NCBI GenBank assembly: GCA_964022095.1
Contig: CAXHZO010000002.1
Location: 1 to 64,000 of the forward strand
Reading direction: 5' to 3'
DNA from: an uncultured Arcobacteraceae bacterium
Lineage (GTDB): Bacteria > Campylobacterota > Campylobacteria > Campylobacterales > Arcobacteraceae
Length of the DNA: 64,000 nucleotides
Part shown: one piece after another, positions 49,734 through 60,491 of the stretch
Layout: the number at the start of each line of letters is the position of its first letter
Numbering within the stretch: position 1 is the stretch's first letter
Made by a program: the position numbers and the translations under genes
Notes under the pieces: model-generated
Seen by the model: the letters and a program-made list of their open reading frames with translations, nothing else
Told to the model about the DNA's origin: nothing
Database searches by the model: none

Positions 49734-50609
49734 GTGTTATTTAACAAAGAGTTTAAAAAAGATAACTTTACAACAAGTGATAATATAAAAATAAACTATG
49801 TATGTGGTGGTAGAGGTGAACCCTTAGTATTACTACATGGTTACCCTCAAACACATAGTATGTGGGCAGATGTTGCTAATGAATTATCAAAAGAATATTT
49901 TGTTATATGTCCAGACTTAAGAGGTTATGGTGATAGTTCTAAACCAAAAGGTTTAGATAACCACGAAAACTATTCAAAAAAAGTTATGGCAAATGATATA
50001 ATTGAATTAATAAAAGATTTAAATTTTGATGAATTTTTTATCGCAGGTCATGATAGGGGAGCTAGAGTTACACATAGAATATGTTTAGATTATCCTCACA
50101 TGGTAAAAAAAGCTTGTGTATTAGATATTGCGCCTACTTTTCATATGTTTTTAAATAGTGATATGAATTTTTCAACTGGTTATTATCATTGGTTCTTTTT
50201 AATACAAGAGGGTAATTTACCGGAAACTCTTATTGGAAATAATTCAGAATACTATTTAAAAGAGAAATTAAAAAGATGGAGTGCTCCTGGGGCAGTTTTC
50301 AAACAAGAAGCAGTTGATGAGTATGTTAGATGTTTTGATAAAGATATGATTCATGCTACTTGTGAAGATTATAGAGCTTCTGCAACAATTGATATGCAAG
50401 ATGATGCTTTTTCTAGAGATAGAAAAATTACTATGCCACTTTTAGCTTTGTGGGGTGAAAAAGGTTTTATTAATAAAAACTATAATGTAATAGATGTTTG
50501 GAAAGATTATGCAAATGATATTACGGGAAAAGCATTAGATTGCGGTCATTTTTTAGCAGAAGAGGCTTCTAGTGATGTAATCTCAGAGTTTAGAAAATTT
50601 TTTAAATAG
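49734..50609 (+). CDS. Haloacetate (fluoroacetate) dehalogenase-like alpha/beta hydrolase
   Basis: HGYPQT, GHDRGARV, LDIAPT, YYHWFF, CEDYRA, CGHF. Confidence 0.85.
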   Translation: MLFNKEFKKDNFTTSDNIKINYVCGGRGEPLVLLHGYPQTHSMWADVANELSKEYFVICPDLRGYGDSSKPKGLDNHENYSKKVMANDIIELIKDLNFDEFFIAGHDRGARVTHRICLDYPHMVKKACVLDIAPTFHMFLNSDMNFSTGYYHWFFLIQEGNLPETLIGNNSEYYLKEKLKRWSAPGAVFKQEAVDEYVRCFDKDMIHATCEDYRASATIDMQDDAFSRDRKITMPLLALWGEKGFINKNYNVIDVWKDYANDITGKALDCGHFLAEEASSDVISEFRKFFK

Positions 50610-50617
50610 GGAATATT

Positions 50618-50929
50618 TTGGGGAAAAGAACAACTGACAATAAAAACAATGAAAAAATAAAAAAAGAGTTTGCAAGAGTAATAAAAAATGCTCAGATTAC
50701 TGCATTTATATTTTTTATACTTTTAACACCTACTATTGTTTTGAAAGTAAAAGAAAAAGAAGAGATCTTTGGTATGAATGAAGATATGTGGTTAAAAGCT
50801 TCTGTTGCAGGTTTTATAATATATTTAGGCTATATGATATTTTTATGGAAATGTCCAAATTGTGGGAAATATCCAGGTCGAGGTTGGTTTAGAAAAGAGT
50901 GTGACAACTGTGGGTGTGAACTAAGTTAA
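50618..50929 (+). CDS. Small membrane protein with C-terminal zinc ribbon
   Basis: Two TM helices, then CPNC...CDNC. Confidence 0.7.
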   Translation: MGKRTTDNKNNEKIKKEFARVIKNAQITAFIFFILLTPTIVLKVKEKEEIFGMNEDMWLKASVAGFIIYLGYMIFLWKCPNCGKYPGRGWFRKECDNCGCELS

Positions 50930-50941
50930 AAAGAGGTTTTA

Positions 50942-51142
50942 TTAAACCTCTTCTTTAAACTTAGGTGTACATTTTTTTGAAATAATACAAACAGGACAAA
51001 AATCTACAAGTCCAGCAATTAATGGTATAACTCCAAGGTAAAACCATGGGTTTTCTAAATAAAAACCAATTGCAATTAATACTAATCCAACAACAATTCT
51101 AAATGGTCTACAAAAAGCTCTAATCTTGTCAAAAATATTCAT
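50942..51142 (-). CDS. DUF2892 (YgaP-like) membrane protein
   Basis: RIVVGL...GVIPLIAGL..FCP; ATG 51142 after AAGGAG. Confidence 0.8.
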   Translation of the reverse strand: MNIFDKIRAFCRPFRIVVGLVLIAIGFYLENPWFYLGVIPLIAGLVDFCPVCIISKKCTPKFKEEV

Positions 51143-51291
51143 TTGTGACTCCTTTATCAATATTATATCTTTTTTTGGAATTATATATAATTAAACTTAA
51201 TATCTATTGAATAAGTTTTACTTATAAATAAATTACTAAACACTAATTAAACATAGTAAGGTTAAAATAAAAAATTAAAAAGGAAAATCAA

Positions 51292-52359
51292 ATGAGAATT
51301 TTTATTATGTTTATGCTTATTTTTCAAGTATCACTTTTTGCAAATTATAGTGCAAAAAAAATTGTTTCAAATCTTGGTGTAGTTTGGGGTATGGACTTTA
51401 TTGATGAAAATAAAATAGTTGTTAATATTAAAGATGGAAAGATTTTATTACATGATTTAAAGCAAAATAAAACTAAAACTTTAATAGAAATTGATGTTTA
51501 TAATAAGGGCCAAGGTGGATTATTAGATGTTAAAATTTCTCCTAATTTTAAAGATGATAAAACAATATTTTTTACTTATGTAAAAAATGTAAACTCTTAT
51601 GGTGCTACAACTTTAGCAAAAGCAAAATTTATAAATGAAAAACTTGAAAACTTTGAAGATATATTAGTGACAAAATCAACAACAAGCAATAATGTACACT
51701 TTGGAAGTAGAATAACTTTCGATAAGAATGGACATATATTTTTTGGAGTAGGTGATAGAGGTACAAGACCTAATGGTCAAGATTTAACCAATCATTCAGG
51801 AACTATAATGAGATTAAATCTTGATGGTTCAATTCCTAAAGATAATCCATTTGTAGCTGATGAATCTATTTTAGATGAAATATATACTTATGGACATAGA
51901 AACCCTCAAGGTCTATTTTATGACAAAAAGAATAATAGATTATGGGAAATTGAGCATGGTCCAAGGGGTGGAGATGAAATTAACTTAATACAAAAGTCAA
52001 AAAATTATGGTTGGCCTGTGGTTTCAAAAGGAAAAGAGTATTGGAATACTTTTAGTGTAGGCGTAAAGCATAAAGATGGGATGGAAGATGCTAAGAAATA
52101 TTACATACCTTCAATTGCTCCTAGTTCAATTGTTTATTATGATCAAGATGTATATAAAGATTTAAAAGGAAAACTTTTAGCAGGGGCTTTAAAACTTACA
52201 CATATAAATATTTTAACACTTGATGAAAATGCAAATATTATAAATGAGGATAGAATTTTAAAAAGCTTAGCTCAAAGAGTAAGAAATATAGCTATTTCGC
52301 CTAAAGGTTATATCTATTTTTCAACTGATAGTGGTAGTATATATTTACTTGAAAAATAG
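51292..52359 (+). CDS. PQQ-dependent sugar dehydrogenase (YliI-like)
   Basis: GQGGLLD, HFGSRI, GHRNPQG, EHGPRGGDEIN, NYGWP. Confidence 0.92.
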   Translation: MRIFIMFMLIFQVSLFANYSAKKIVSNLGVVWGMDFIDENKIVVNIKDGKILLHDLKQNKTKTLIEIDVYNKGQGGLLDVKISPNFKDDKTIFFTYVKNVNSYGATTLAKAKFINEKLENFEDILVTKSTTSNNVHFGSRITFDKNGHIFFGVGDRGTRPNGQDLTNHSGTIMRLNLDGSIPKDNPFVADESILDEIYTYGHRNPQGLFYDKKNNRLWEIEHGPRGGDEINLIQKSKNYGWPVVSKGKEYWNTFSVGVKHKDGMEDAKKYYIPSIAPSSIVYYDQDVYKDLKGKLLAGALKLTHINILTLDENANIINEDRILKSLAQRVRNIAISPKGYIYFSTDSGSIYLLEK

Positions 52360-52374
52360 TCTTGATATTTTTTG

Positions 52375-52412
52375 AAAAAAACTAGAATTCTTCTTTTCTT
52401 CTAGTTTTTTTT
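52375..52412. terminator. Bidirectional terminator
   Basis: aaaaaaactagaa...ttctagttttttt between convergent genes. Confidence 0.65.
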
Positions 52413-52460
52413 CTATTTTATAGGAAAGCTCTTTTAGTTTTTTTGGTTCATAAATATTTT

Positions 52461-53570
52461 TCATTTCTTATCCAAATAGTTTTGAAGCTCTTTTATTGCT
52501 GCTTCATTTTTAATTCTAAATTTTATTTCGATTCTTCTCGAAGCATTTTTATCTTCAACACCTTTTTGTAAAATCATATCTGAATATGACCTTCCACTAG
52601 CGCTTACGTATTTTGTTAGTAAATCTTTATTTACAATATTTGATTCAAATAAAAACTTCATAACTTCTAGTGCTCTTTGTTGTGATAACTCAAGATTAGC
52701 TAAGTATGTACCATCACTATTTGTATGTCCTTCGATTATTATGCTATCAATATATTTTTTTATATCATTATTATCAAAAAGTGCAGACATATAGTTCTTT
52801 AAAATAGATTTTAATTCTTCTTTTGAGTCCTCTTTTAGTTTGTATTCACCTTGTCCAAATAAAATATTTGAAGAGAATTTTATGGCACCACTTTTTGAAT
52901 CAATATCGATTGAATTACCAAGTTTTTCTTTTAGTTTTGTAATTACAGTTAGTTTAATACCTGTTAAGTGTTTGATTTTTGTTTTTGTAATATCAAACTC
53001 TTCTACAAGTTTTTGATGTACTTTTAGCTGCTCTAGTAGTTTATCTTGTAAAAGCCCTAATTCATCATCTTTTAGTTTTATAAAGTTGTTTTTTTCATCA
53101 AGTTTTACTTGTAAGCTATCTAACTTATTTGTTTCATCTTTTAATTTTAATTCATAATCTAAAAGTAGGGCTTTGAGTTTTTCTATTTCTTCATTTGATA
53201 AATTAACATTTTTTAAAGCATCATCTAAAGATAGTTTTAAGTTCTCTTGATTTTCTTCTAGTTGTGAATATAGTTTTTGTGATTGTGCTAAATCAAAAGC
53301 TAATCTAGTATTTTCTTCTAATGAAGATTTTAATTTTTTATTAATATCTTCAAGTTGAGATGTTCTACTTTTTAGCTCTTCTTCACTCATATTTAATGCA
53401 AGTTTTTCTTTTTCTAAATCTGTTTTAATAGCTTGTAGGTCAGTTTGAGTATATAAGTATTTTATAATAATTGCACCAATTACAAGTATAAAAACAAATA
53501 GCAATCCTGCCATTAAATCTGCATAAGATATCCAGAAGTTTTCATTGTTTTCTTTATTATTGTTGTACAT
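52461..53570 (-). CDS. MotB/OmpA family protein (ZorB-like)
   Basis: FWISYADLMAGL TM with Asp, long coiled coil, IEGHT..G...NLELSQQRA, SRRIEI. Confidence 0.88.
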   Translation of the reverse strand: MYNNNKENNENFWISYADLMAGLLFVFILVIGAIIIKYLYTQTDLQAIKTDLEKEKLALNMSEEELKSRTSQLEDINKKLKSSLEENTRLAFDLAQSQKLYSQLEENQENLKLSLDDALKNVNLSNEEIEKLKALLLDYELKLKDETNKLDSLQVKLDEKNNFIKLKDDELGLLQDKLLEQLKVHQKLVEEFDITKTKIKHLTGIKLTVITKLKEKLGNSIDIDSKSGAIKFSSNILFGQGEYKLKEDSKEELKSILKNYMSALFDNNDIKKYIDSIIIEGHTNSDGTYLANLELSQQRALEVMKFLFESNIVNKDLLTKYVSASGRSYSDMILQKGVEDKNASRRIEIKFRIKNEAAIKELQNYLDKK

Positions 53571-53572
53571 GA

Positions 53573-54793
53573 CTATTTAGAGATCTCTTTAAACTCTTGT
53601 AAATCTTCAATAATTTTGACTGTTTGCGTATCAATAGCCTCAAGTGAAGTTTTGAGTTTTTCAGTAAATTTTGTATCGTAGTCATCTAATTCTTGTGTAA
53701 ATTTCCAACCAATTTTATCTGTTTCATTTTTCATAGTATTGATATTTTTAATCACACTTGAATAAATCTCTTCAACATTTGTTGAGTTTAGGTTTGAAAG
53801 TGTTGAGTTTAGATTTTCAATATTTTGACTTAAAATATTTGTACTATTTTGATAGTCATCTTTTTGTTCAGTAAATTTTGACATATTTGTCTCTATATTC
53901 AAAGTCATAAGTTTTATTTGTTCGAATAGTTTTTCAAAATTTTCAACATTTGATTTAATATTATGAACTAAAAGTTGCTCTTCTTTGATAATTGTTTCTA
54001 CCACTTGAGCTCTTTTTTCAAGTGAGTTATTGATTTCATTTAATAAATTAGTTGATGTGATTTGCTCAAATAGTTGACTCATTTTTTCAAAGTTTTTCAT
54101 ACTGCTTTGTAAGTGAATTGATTCAATATCAAGTTTTGTCCAAAAGAATGACTTAGTGTTTTCTTTGATAATAAATACATCATGCTCAAACCTACTCATA
54201 CCAATTTTTTCAAAAAATATCCACCAAAGTGATAAAAAAATACCATAAATTGATACATAAAAAGCAGTGCCAACACCACCTAAAAGTACAGTGATTTCTT
54301 TTTCTAAAGCACTAGAAGTTCCAGAAGAAAAATCAGGCATAGAAAATGCAATTGAGATAAATGTACCCAAAATACCAAGTGTGGGAAAAACCCCTGAAGC
54401 TATCGATGAGAAGTTTGTATTTCTAATATTACTAGTGAACTCTTTTAAAAAGTCATCAACATTACCGTTTGCTTTTGTTGTTTCCCCAATAGTTAGAAGA
54501 TTGTCATTTATGTAGTTTTTTAAATGCTCAACTAATTGTTTATATTGAGATTTAAATTTGCATGATACATAATAAGCATTATGTTTTACAAAAAATAGAT
54601 ATATAAAATAAATAAATCCAATAAGAATCACACTATGAATTTCTACTTTTAGTGGAAAATATTCAAAGTAACCAAGTACAACTAATGCAAAAACTAAAGT
54701 TGGAACAGTAAGTAAATTAAAAATTCTAGCACTAGCTTTGCAGTGAGTGTAGAAGTTCTTATTTAGAAATATAAAGTCTTCTCGTGTAACCAT
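53573..54793 (-). CDS. MotA/TolQ/ExbB proton channel protein with long helical tail (ZorA-like)
   Basis: FPTLGILGTF, GVGTAFYVSIYG, ~200-aa helical C-terminus. Confidence 0.85.
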   Translation of the reverse strand: MVTREDFIFLNKNFYTHCKASARIFNLLTVPTLVFALVVLGYFEYFPLKVEIHSVILIGFIYFIYLFFVKHNAYYVSCKFKSQYKQLVEHLKNYINDNLLTIGETTKANGNVDDFLKEFTSNIRNTNFSSIASGVFPTLGILGTFISIAFSMPDFSSGTSSALEKEITVLLGGVGTAFYVSIYGIFLSLWWIFFEKIGMSRFEHDVFIIKENTKSFFWTKLDIESIHLQSSMKNFEKMSQLFEQITSTNLLNEINNSLEKRAQVVETIIKEEQLLVHNIKSNVENFEKLFEQIKLMTLNIETNMSKFTEQKDDYQNSTNILSQNIENLNSTLSNLNSTNVEEIYSSVIKNINTMKNETDKIGWKFTQELDDYDTKFTEKLKTSLEAIDTQTVKIIEDLQEFKEISK

Positions 54794-54856
54794 ATTAAAT
54801 CCCTTTTATGGAAATATTTTAACTTAAAAATATTAACCAATGTATAACAATATTGA

Positions 54857-55558
54857 TTAGATTTTAAACTCTATTTTTTTATTAATACTAATCTCTTTTT
54901 GACTTATATTTGATTGATAAACTAATACTTCAACACCTTGCTTTGTAACTTCCTCAAAAATTTGGGCATACTTTTTATCTATTTCATGTGCAATTCTAAA
55001 AGGTAAATCATCAGTTCTTTGAATTACATATAACATCACAGCTCTATGTCCTTCCTTTGCCATGTCTCTAAGCTCTTCTAAATGTTTTTGACCTCTTGTA
55101 GTTTTAGCATCTGGAAAAGCAAGTATATCTCCAAGATTTAAGCTAACACTTTTAATCTCTACAAAGCATTTTGTATCTTCATTTTCATTCCATAATAAAA
55201 TATCAATTCTAGAGTTTTGATTTCCATATTTTTGTTCAGGCTTTAAGTTATCATAACCTTGAAGCTCTTTTATTACTCCATTTTCAATAGCTTCAATTGC
55301 AATTTTATTTGCAACACCAGTGTTTGTACAAATAAGCTCTTTTCCCATCTTTGTTAATTCTAAAGTATATTTTAATTTTCTTTTTGGATTATCATGATGT
55401 GATACCCATACATCACAATTTTCTTCAATACAACTTGTCATTGCTCCACTATTTGGTACGTGTGCAGTTACTTCTTGTCCATCATCTAGTATGACATCTG
55501 CTAAAAATCTTTTGTATCTTTTTATTAGTTTTCCATGGATTAAATTGTCAAATTGCAT
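54857..55558 (-). CDS. sfsA: DNA/RNA nuclease SfsA
   Basis: RYKRFLADV, AHVPNSG, SRID, VEIKSV, FPDA.T.RGQKHL. Confidence 0.95.
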   Translation of the reverse strand: MQFDNLIHGKLIKRYKRFLADVILDDGQEVTAHVPNSGAMTSCIEENCDVWVSHHDNPKRKLKYTLELTKMGKELICTNTGVANKIAIEAIENGVIKELQGYDNLKPEQKYGNQNSRIDILLWNENEDTKCFVEIKSVSLNLGDILAFPDAKTTRGQKHLEELRDMAKEGHRAVMLYVIQRTDDLPFRIAHEIDKKYAQIFEEVTKQGVEVLVYQSNISQKEISINKKIEFKI

Positions 55559-55643
55559 ACAAATTCCTATTAAGTTTTACTATATTTTTTTTATACCAAG
55601 AGTATAATATTAATACTTAATTAGTAATACAAAAGAGGTTATT

Positions 55644-56942
55644 TTGCAAGATAAAATACATAGAAAAAGAGATAAGTCACTAGGACTATTAGAACTAATC
55701 GCTATTGCCCTTGGTGGAATGGTAGGTGGAGGTATTTTCACAATACTAGGTATCTCTGTTTCTATGATTGGTGCATATACTCCTATTGCTATATTTATAG
55801 GTGGAGTAGTTGCAGGTTTTGCTGCTTATTCTTATATAAAATTAGGAGTTTATTATAAAGATGAAGGAGCTTCTTATTCTTTTATAAAAAGAACATTTCC
55901 TAACTCTAAAATAGAAGCTTCACTTATTGGCTGGTGGGTAATATTTGGATATATAAGTACTTTGGCTTTATATTCATATACATTTTCTTCATATGCGATT
56001 AGTTCATATACTGATAGTGATATTGTAAGAAAACTTGTTGCAGGAGCTATTATATTAGTTTTTACACTTATAAATGTTTGGAGTGTAAAAGGTATGGGGA
56101 AAATAGAAGATATCATGGTTTATACTAAATTGATAATCTTAGTTGTAATCTCTTTTGTTTTAATAAATAACTCTCAAACTACACTTCCAGTACTATTTAG
56201 TGAAACTAAAGATGTTAGTTTTAGTGCTATTTTAATAGTTTCTTCTATTACTTTTGTAGCATATGAAGGTTTTCAATTAGTTATAAATGCAGTAAATGAA
56301 ATGCATAATCCAGAAAAAAATATACCAAGAGCAATTTATAGTGCAATTGGTCTTGCTATTTTAATATATGTAATAATAGCCCTTGGAGCAATTTTAGCAA
56401 TTTCTTTTGAAGATATTATCGCAAATGAAGAGTATGCCCTTGCAAGTGGAGCAAATAAAGTATTAGGTCACTTAGGAAATAATCTAGTAATCTTTGGAGC
56501 ACTGCTTGCAACAAGTAGTGCGATTAGTAGTACTTTGTTTGGAGCTTCAAGACAAATGTCTATTGTTGCAAAAGATGGATTGTTCCCAAATTTTTTATCA
56601 AAAAGAAATGAAATAAATATTCCTGTAAATGCTATTTGGACTATGGCAATTTTAGCTTTTATTTTAGTTTTAAGTGGAACTTTACAATTGATTTTAGAGT
56701 TTGGTAGTATTACATTTTTGATTGTTTCACTTCTTATGGCAATAGCAAATTTTAAAATAAAAGATAAAACAAACTCTTCAACTTTTGTTTTGATAGTTTC
56801 AATAATAGTATTAAGTGTAAGTACCTCACTTATAATTTATTATGAATACTTACATCAAATAGAACAACTTTTCTTTATAGTAAGTATTTATGTAGTATTA
56901 ACTTTATCTTCTATTTATTATGCAAAAAAGAGTAAATCTTAA
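55644..56942 (+). CDS. APC family amino-acid permease
   Basis: GGMVGGGIF, FVAYEGF, EKNIPRAI; about 12 TM. Confidence 0.9.
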   Translation: MQDKIHRKRDKSLGLLELIAIALGGMVGGGIFTILGISVSMIGAYTPIAIFIGGVVAGFAAYSYIKLGVYYKDEGASYSFIKRTFPNSKIEASLIGWWVIFGYISTLALYSYTFSSYAISSYTDSDIVRKLVAGAIILVFTLINVWSVKGMGKIEDIMVYTKLIILVVISFVLINNSQTTLPVLFSETKDVSFSAILIVSSITFVAYEGFQLVINAVNEMHNPEKNIPRAIYSAIGLAILIYVIIALGAILAISFEDIIANEEYALASGANKVLGHLGNNLVIFGALLATSSAISSTLFGASRQMSIVAKDGLFPNFLSKRNEINIPVNAIWTMAILAFILVLSGTLQLILEFGSITFLIVSLLMAIANFKIKDKTNSSTFVLIVSIIVLSVSTSLIIYYEYLHQIEQLFFIVSIYVVLTLSSIYYAKKSKS

Positions 56943-57820
56943 TCAAAAATTTGATTAGATGAAAATTTATATTTAATATCTAAAAACTCAAACTCTAAAT
57001 AATTTGCTTGCAATAAAAGCCTTGAGTTTTTGGTATATTTTATTCTTTGTTCAAGTGATAAGTTTTTATTTAAAATATCATTAGAAATATTTTCATCTAT
57101 TCCATAAACTGGATCACCTATAATACTATGACCAATTGAGTCTAAGTGAACTCTTATTTGATGTTGCCTTCCAGTTAGTGGTATTGCTTGAATCAAAGTT
57201 TGATCTTTTTCTTTATCATATCTAATTGGTTTAACAAAAGTAATTGATTCTTTTCCATCTTTTGATGTTGTCATTTTTAGTTTTATTTTAGAGTTTGAAT
57301 TTGAAATTGGCTTATCTATTTTTATGTCTTTTTTAAGTTCTTTATTTACAATTGCTAGATATTTTTTAGTGTATTGCTTTGTTTCAAACATAGGTTTTAA
57401 AACAGCTTCACTAAATTTGTTTTTAGAAACTAAAACAAGTCCTGAAGTCTCTTTATCTATTCTATGTACTAAACTAGCATTTTCCCCATATAAATATCTA
57501 ATTTCATCAAGTAGGGTATAAGAATAATCATTTGTTGAAGTAGGATGAACTAATAATCCACTTGGTTTATCAAATATTGCAAAAAAGAAGTTTTCAAAAA
57601 TAGGTTTTAAGCTTTTTGTGCTTGCTTCAAAGGTTGTTATAAAAATAGATTTACATTTTAGTTTTTCATTTTGTTGAATTCTTCTATTTTTTTCATCTGT
57701 AATTTTACCTTTCTTTAAAAGCTCTAAAGTTAAGTTAATATCTAAGTTAATATCTTCATTTAAAAAATCTTCAATTTTTTTGTTTCTAATAGTAGTAAAC
57801 TCTTTTTTTATATATGGCAA
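56939..57820 (-). CDS. RluA family pseudouridine synthase
   Basis: KPSGLLVHP, HRIDKETSG, TGRQHQIRVH, IIGDPVYG. Confidence 0.92.
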   Translation of the reverse strand: MPYIKKEFTTIRNKKIEDFLNEDINLDINLTLELLKKGKITDEKNRRIQQNEKLKCKSIFITTFEASTKSLKPIFENFFFAIFDKPSGLLVHPTSTNDYSYTLLDEIRYLYGENASLVHRIDKETSGLVLVSKNKFSEAVLKPMFETKQYTKKYLAIVNKELKKDIKIDKPISNSNSKIKLKMTTSKDGKESITFVKPIRYDKEKDQTLIQAIPLTGRQHQIRVHLDSIGHSIIGDPVYGIDENISNDILNKNLSLEQRIKYTKNSRLLLQANYLEFEFLDIKYKFSSNQIFD

Positions 57821-57900
57821 AACACTTCCTTCAAATCTATTTGAAAGTATACAAAAAGTAAACTAATATAAAATCTAAAATTATTAAAAAAGAGACGCTT

Positions 57901-59469
57901 ATGCCTAAACTGTTCAAAAACTTTATTATCTTTGGTGCAATACTTATTGTAATTCTATCATTTTTTCACAACTTATTTATGTGGTTAACCCTAATTTACT
58001 TTGGAATTGTTTTACTTGGTATTTATGATTTAAGACAGACTAAACATTCATTGTGGAGAAATTTTCCAGTTATTGGTAGATTAAGATGGGTGTTTGAAGA
58101 GTTAAGACCTCCTATTAGACAATATTTTATAGAATCAGATATTGATGGAGTACCAATTAGTAGACAGCAAAGAACTGTTGTTTATAGAAGATCAAAAAAA
58201 CAAGCTAGTACAATTCCTTTTGGTACAAAAATGGATGTATATAAAGATGGTTATGAATGGATTGGACACTCTTTAAATGCACTAAAAGCACACGATTTGC
58301 ACCTAAACCCAAGAGTTAAAATAGGTGGAATAGAGTGTAAAAAACCATATGAAGCTTCTATATTAAATATTTCAGCCATGAGTTTTGGATCACTTAGTGC
58401 AAATGCAGTATTAGCATTAGGACATGGGGCAAAGATTGGAAACTTTGCTTTAAATACAGGTGAGGGTGGATTAAGTAGATATCATTTAGCTACTAATTGT
58501 GATTTAATATGGCAAGTAGGAACTGGATATTTTGGTTGTAGAACAGTTGATGGGAATTTTGATGAAAAGAAATTTGAAGAAAAAAGTCAAAAAGAAAACG
58601 TAAAAATGATAGAAATAAAACTATCTCAAGGTGCAAAACCAGGTCATGGTGGAATATTACCTGCAAATAAAAACACAGCAGAGATTGCAGAAGATAGAGG
58701 AGTTAAAGCAAATACAAGAGTTGATTCTCCTCCCACTCACAGTGCCTTTTCAAATGCAACTGGACTTTTAAGATTTATTCAAAAATTAAGAAAACTAAGT
58801 GGTGGAAAGCCAGTTGGATTTAAACTTTGTGTAGGTAGAAAAGAGGATTTTATTGATATTTGTAAAGCTATGATTGAACTTGATATTAAACCTGATTTTA
58901 TTACAGTTGATGGAGGTGAAGGTGGTACGGGTGCTGCACCATTAGAATATACAAACTCTGTTGGAATGCCTCTTAGAGAAGCATTAGTTTTTGTAATTGA
59001 TTGTTTAAATGGATTTGATTTAAAAGATGATATTAAAGTAATAGCATCTGGAAAAATATTAAATGGAATGGATATTACAAAAGCTTTATGTATAGGTGCT
59101 GATTTAACTGCAAGTGCTAGGGGTATGATGTTAAGTCTAGGATGTATCCAAGCACTAGCATGCCATAAAAATACTTGTCCAACTGGTGTTGCAACACAAG
59201 ATCATAGACTAGCAAAAGGTTTAGTAGTAGAAGATAAAAAACAAAGAGTTGCAAACTTTCATGAAATGACTTTAGAAAGTTTTATAGAAATCCTTGCATC
59301 TGCTGGTTTAGATACTCCAAATAAATTAAATAGAACACATATCTTTAGAAGATTAGATCAAACTACATACAAAAGATATGATGAATTATTCCCAATTATG
59401 CAAAGAGGGGATTTATTAACTGCTCCTTATCCAAAACAGTTTGAAAGGTTTATGATAAAAACTGCTTAG
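57901..59469 (+). CDS. FMN-binding glutamate synthase family protein
   Basis: SAMSFGSLS, NTGEGG, IKLSQGAKPGHGG, DGGEGGTGAAP, CIQALAC...CPTGVATQ. Confidence 0.92.
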   Translation: MPKLFKNFIIFGAILIVILSFFHNLFMWLTLIYFGIVLLGIYDLRQTKHSLWRNFPVIGRLRWVFEELRPPIRQYFIESDIDGVPISRQQRTVVYRRSKKQASTIPFGTKMDVYKDGYEWIGHSLNALKAHDLHLNPRVKIGGIECKKPYEASILNISAMSFGSLSANAVLALGHGAKIGNFALNTGEGGLSRYHLATNCDLIWQVGTGYFGCRTVDGNFDEKKFEEKSQKENVKMIEIKLSQGAKPGHGGILPANKNTAEIAEDRGVKANTRVDSPPTHSAFSNATGLLRFIQKLRKLSGGKPVGFKLCVGRKEDFIDICKAMIELDIKPDFITVDGGEGGTGAAPLEYTNSVGMPLREALVFVIDCLNGFDLKDDIKVIASGKILNGMDITKALCIGADLTASARGMMLSLGCIQALACHKNTCPTGVATQDHRLAKGLVVEDKKQRVANFHEMTLESFIEILASAGLDTPNKLNRTHIFRRLDQTTYKRYDELFPIMQRGDLLTAPYPKQFERFMIKTA

Positions 59470-59518
59470 TCAAAAGTTAATTAACAAAGAAATACAAAAA
59501 AGTTTAATATAATTGCGT

Positions 59519-60427
59519 ATGAATTATGCGCAACTAAAAAATGAAATACTAAAAAATATAAAAAATACTACAAAAGAGATAAAAAGAGTTTTCCACGGAC
59601 GTGGAAACTTTTATGATGATTTTGAATATCTAACAATTGATAGCTTAGATAACTTACTACTAATAAGTCTTTTCAATAAAATAGATGAAGAGGTATATAA
59701 ATCAATTTTAGAAGTTATTGATGAGGTCTTAAAACAAAAAGATTATGAAATAGTTTTAGTTCAACACCGATATAAAAAAGATGAAATATATGAAGTAATA
59801 AAAGGTGAAATACCAAAAGAGTTTATTGCTTATGAAAATGGTTTAAAATATTCACTTAGTTTTTCAAACCAAAATATAGGTTTGTTTTTTGATATGAAAG
59901 CTGGACGAGAATATATTTCTAGTATTTGTAAAGATAAAAATGTATTAAATTTATTTTCTTATACTTGTGCCTTTAGTGTAAGTGCGATAAATGCAGGTGC
60001 ATCAAAAGTAGTAAATGTTGATATGTCAAAGGGTGCATTAAGTACAGGAAGAGTCAATCATCATCTAAATAAACTTGATACAAAAAAAGTAAAATTTATG
60101 CCTTATAATATTTTAAAATCTTGGAGTAGAATTAGAAAAGAAGCCCCATATGATATTATTATAATTGACCCACCATCTTTTCAAAAAGGTAGTTTTGCTG
60201 CAACAAAAGATTATGAAAAGATTATAAAAAAACTTCATGAATTAGCAAATGAAAATTGTATTGTACTATCTTGTTTAAATGCTCCAGAGTTAGATTCAAA
60301 GTTTATAAAAGATAAGTTTGCTGAATTTGCCCAAAGTTTTAAATATGAAAAAACTGTAAAAAATCTAACTGAATTTGTAACAAATAATGAAGAAAAAAGC
60401 TTGAAAAACTTAGTGTTTTTTAAGTAA
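59519..60427 (+). CDS. Class I SAM-dependent methyltransferase (RlmI/RlmK-like)
   Basis: GLFFDM, VLNLFSYTCAFS, DPPSF. Confidence 0.88.
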   Translation: MNYAQLKNEILKNIKNTTKEIKRVFHGRGNFYDDFEYLTIDSLDNLLLISLFNKIDEEVYKSILEVIDEVLKQKDYEIVLVQHRYKKDEIYEVIKGEIPKEFIAYENGLKYSLSFSNQNIGLFFDMKAGREYISSICKDKNVLNLFSYTCAFSVSAINAGASKVVNVDMSKGALSTGRVNHHLNKLDTKKVKFMPYNILKSWSRIRKEAPYDIIIIDPPSFQKGSFAATKDYEKIIKKLHELANENCIVLSCLNAPELDSKFIKDKFAEFAQSFKYEKTVKNLTEFVTNNEEKSLKNLVFFK

Positions 60428-60491
60428 AATCAGAGTTTATTTACTTTTTTTTAGATAAAATCCCGACTTTAAAAACACACAAGGAAAATAA

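Noticed and set aside
52461-54793. Complete Zorya defence system
   Set aside because: No ZorC/ZorD/ZorE genes and a housekeeping neighbourhood
1032-57521. Short antisense ORFs in the track (1032, 2173, 7144, 8398, 10385, 10999, 17060, 23233, 26638, 35968, 44924, 54267, 55874, 57324)
   Set aside because: They lie opposite well-supported genes and have no motifs
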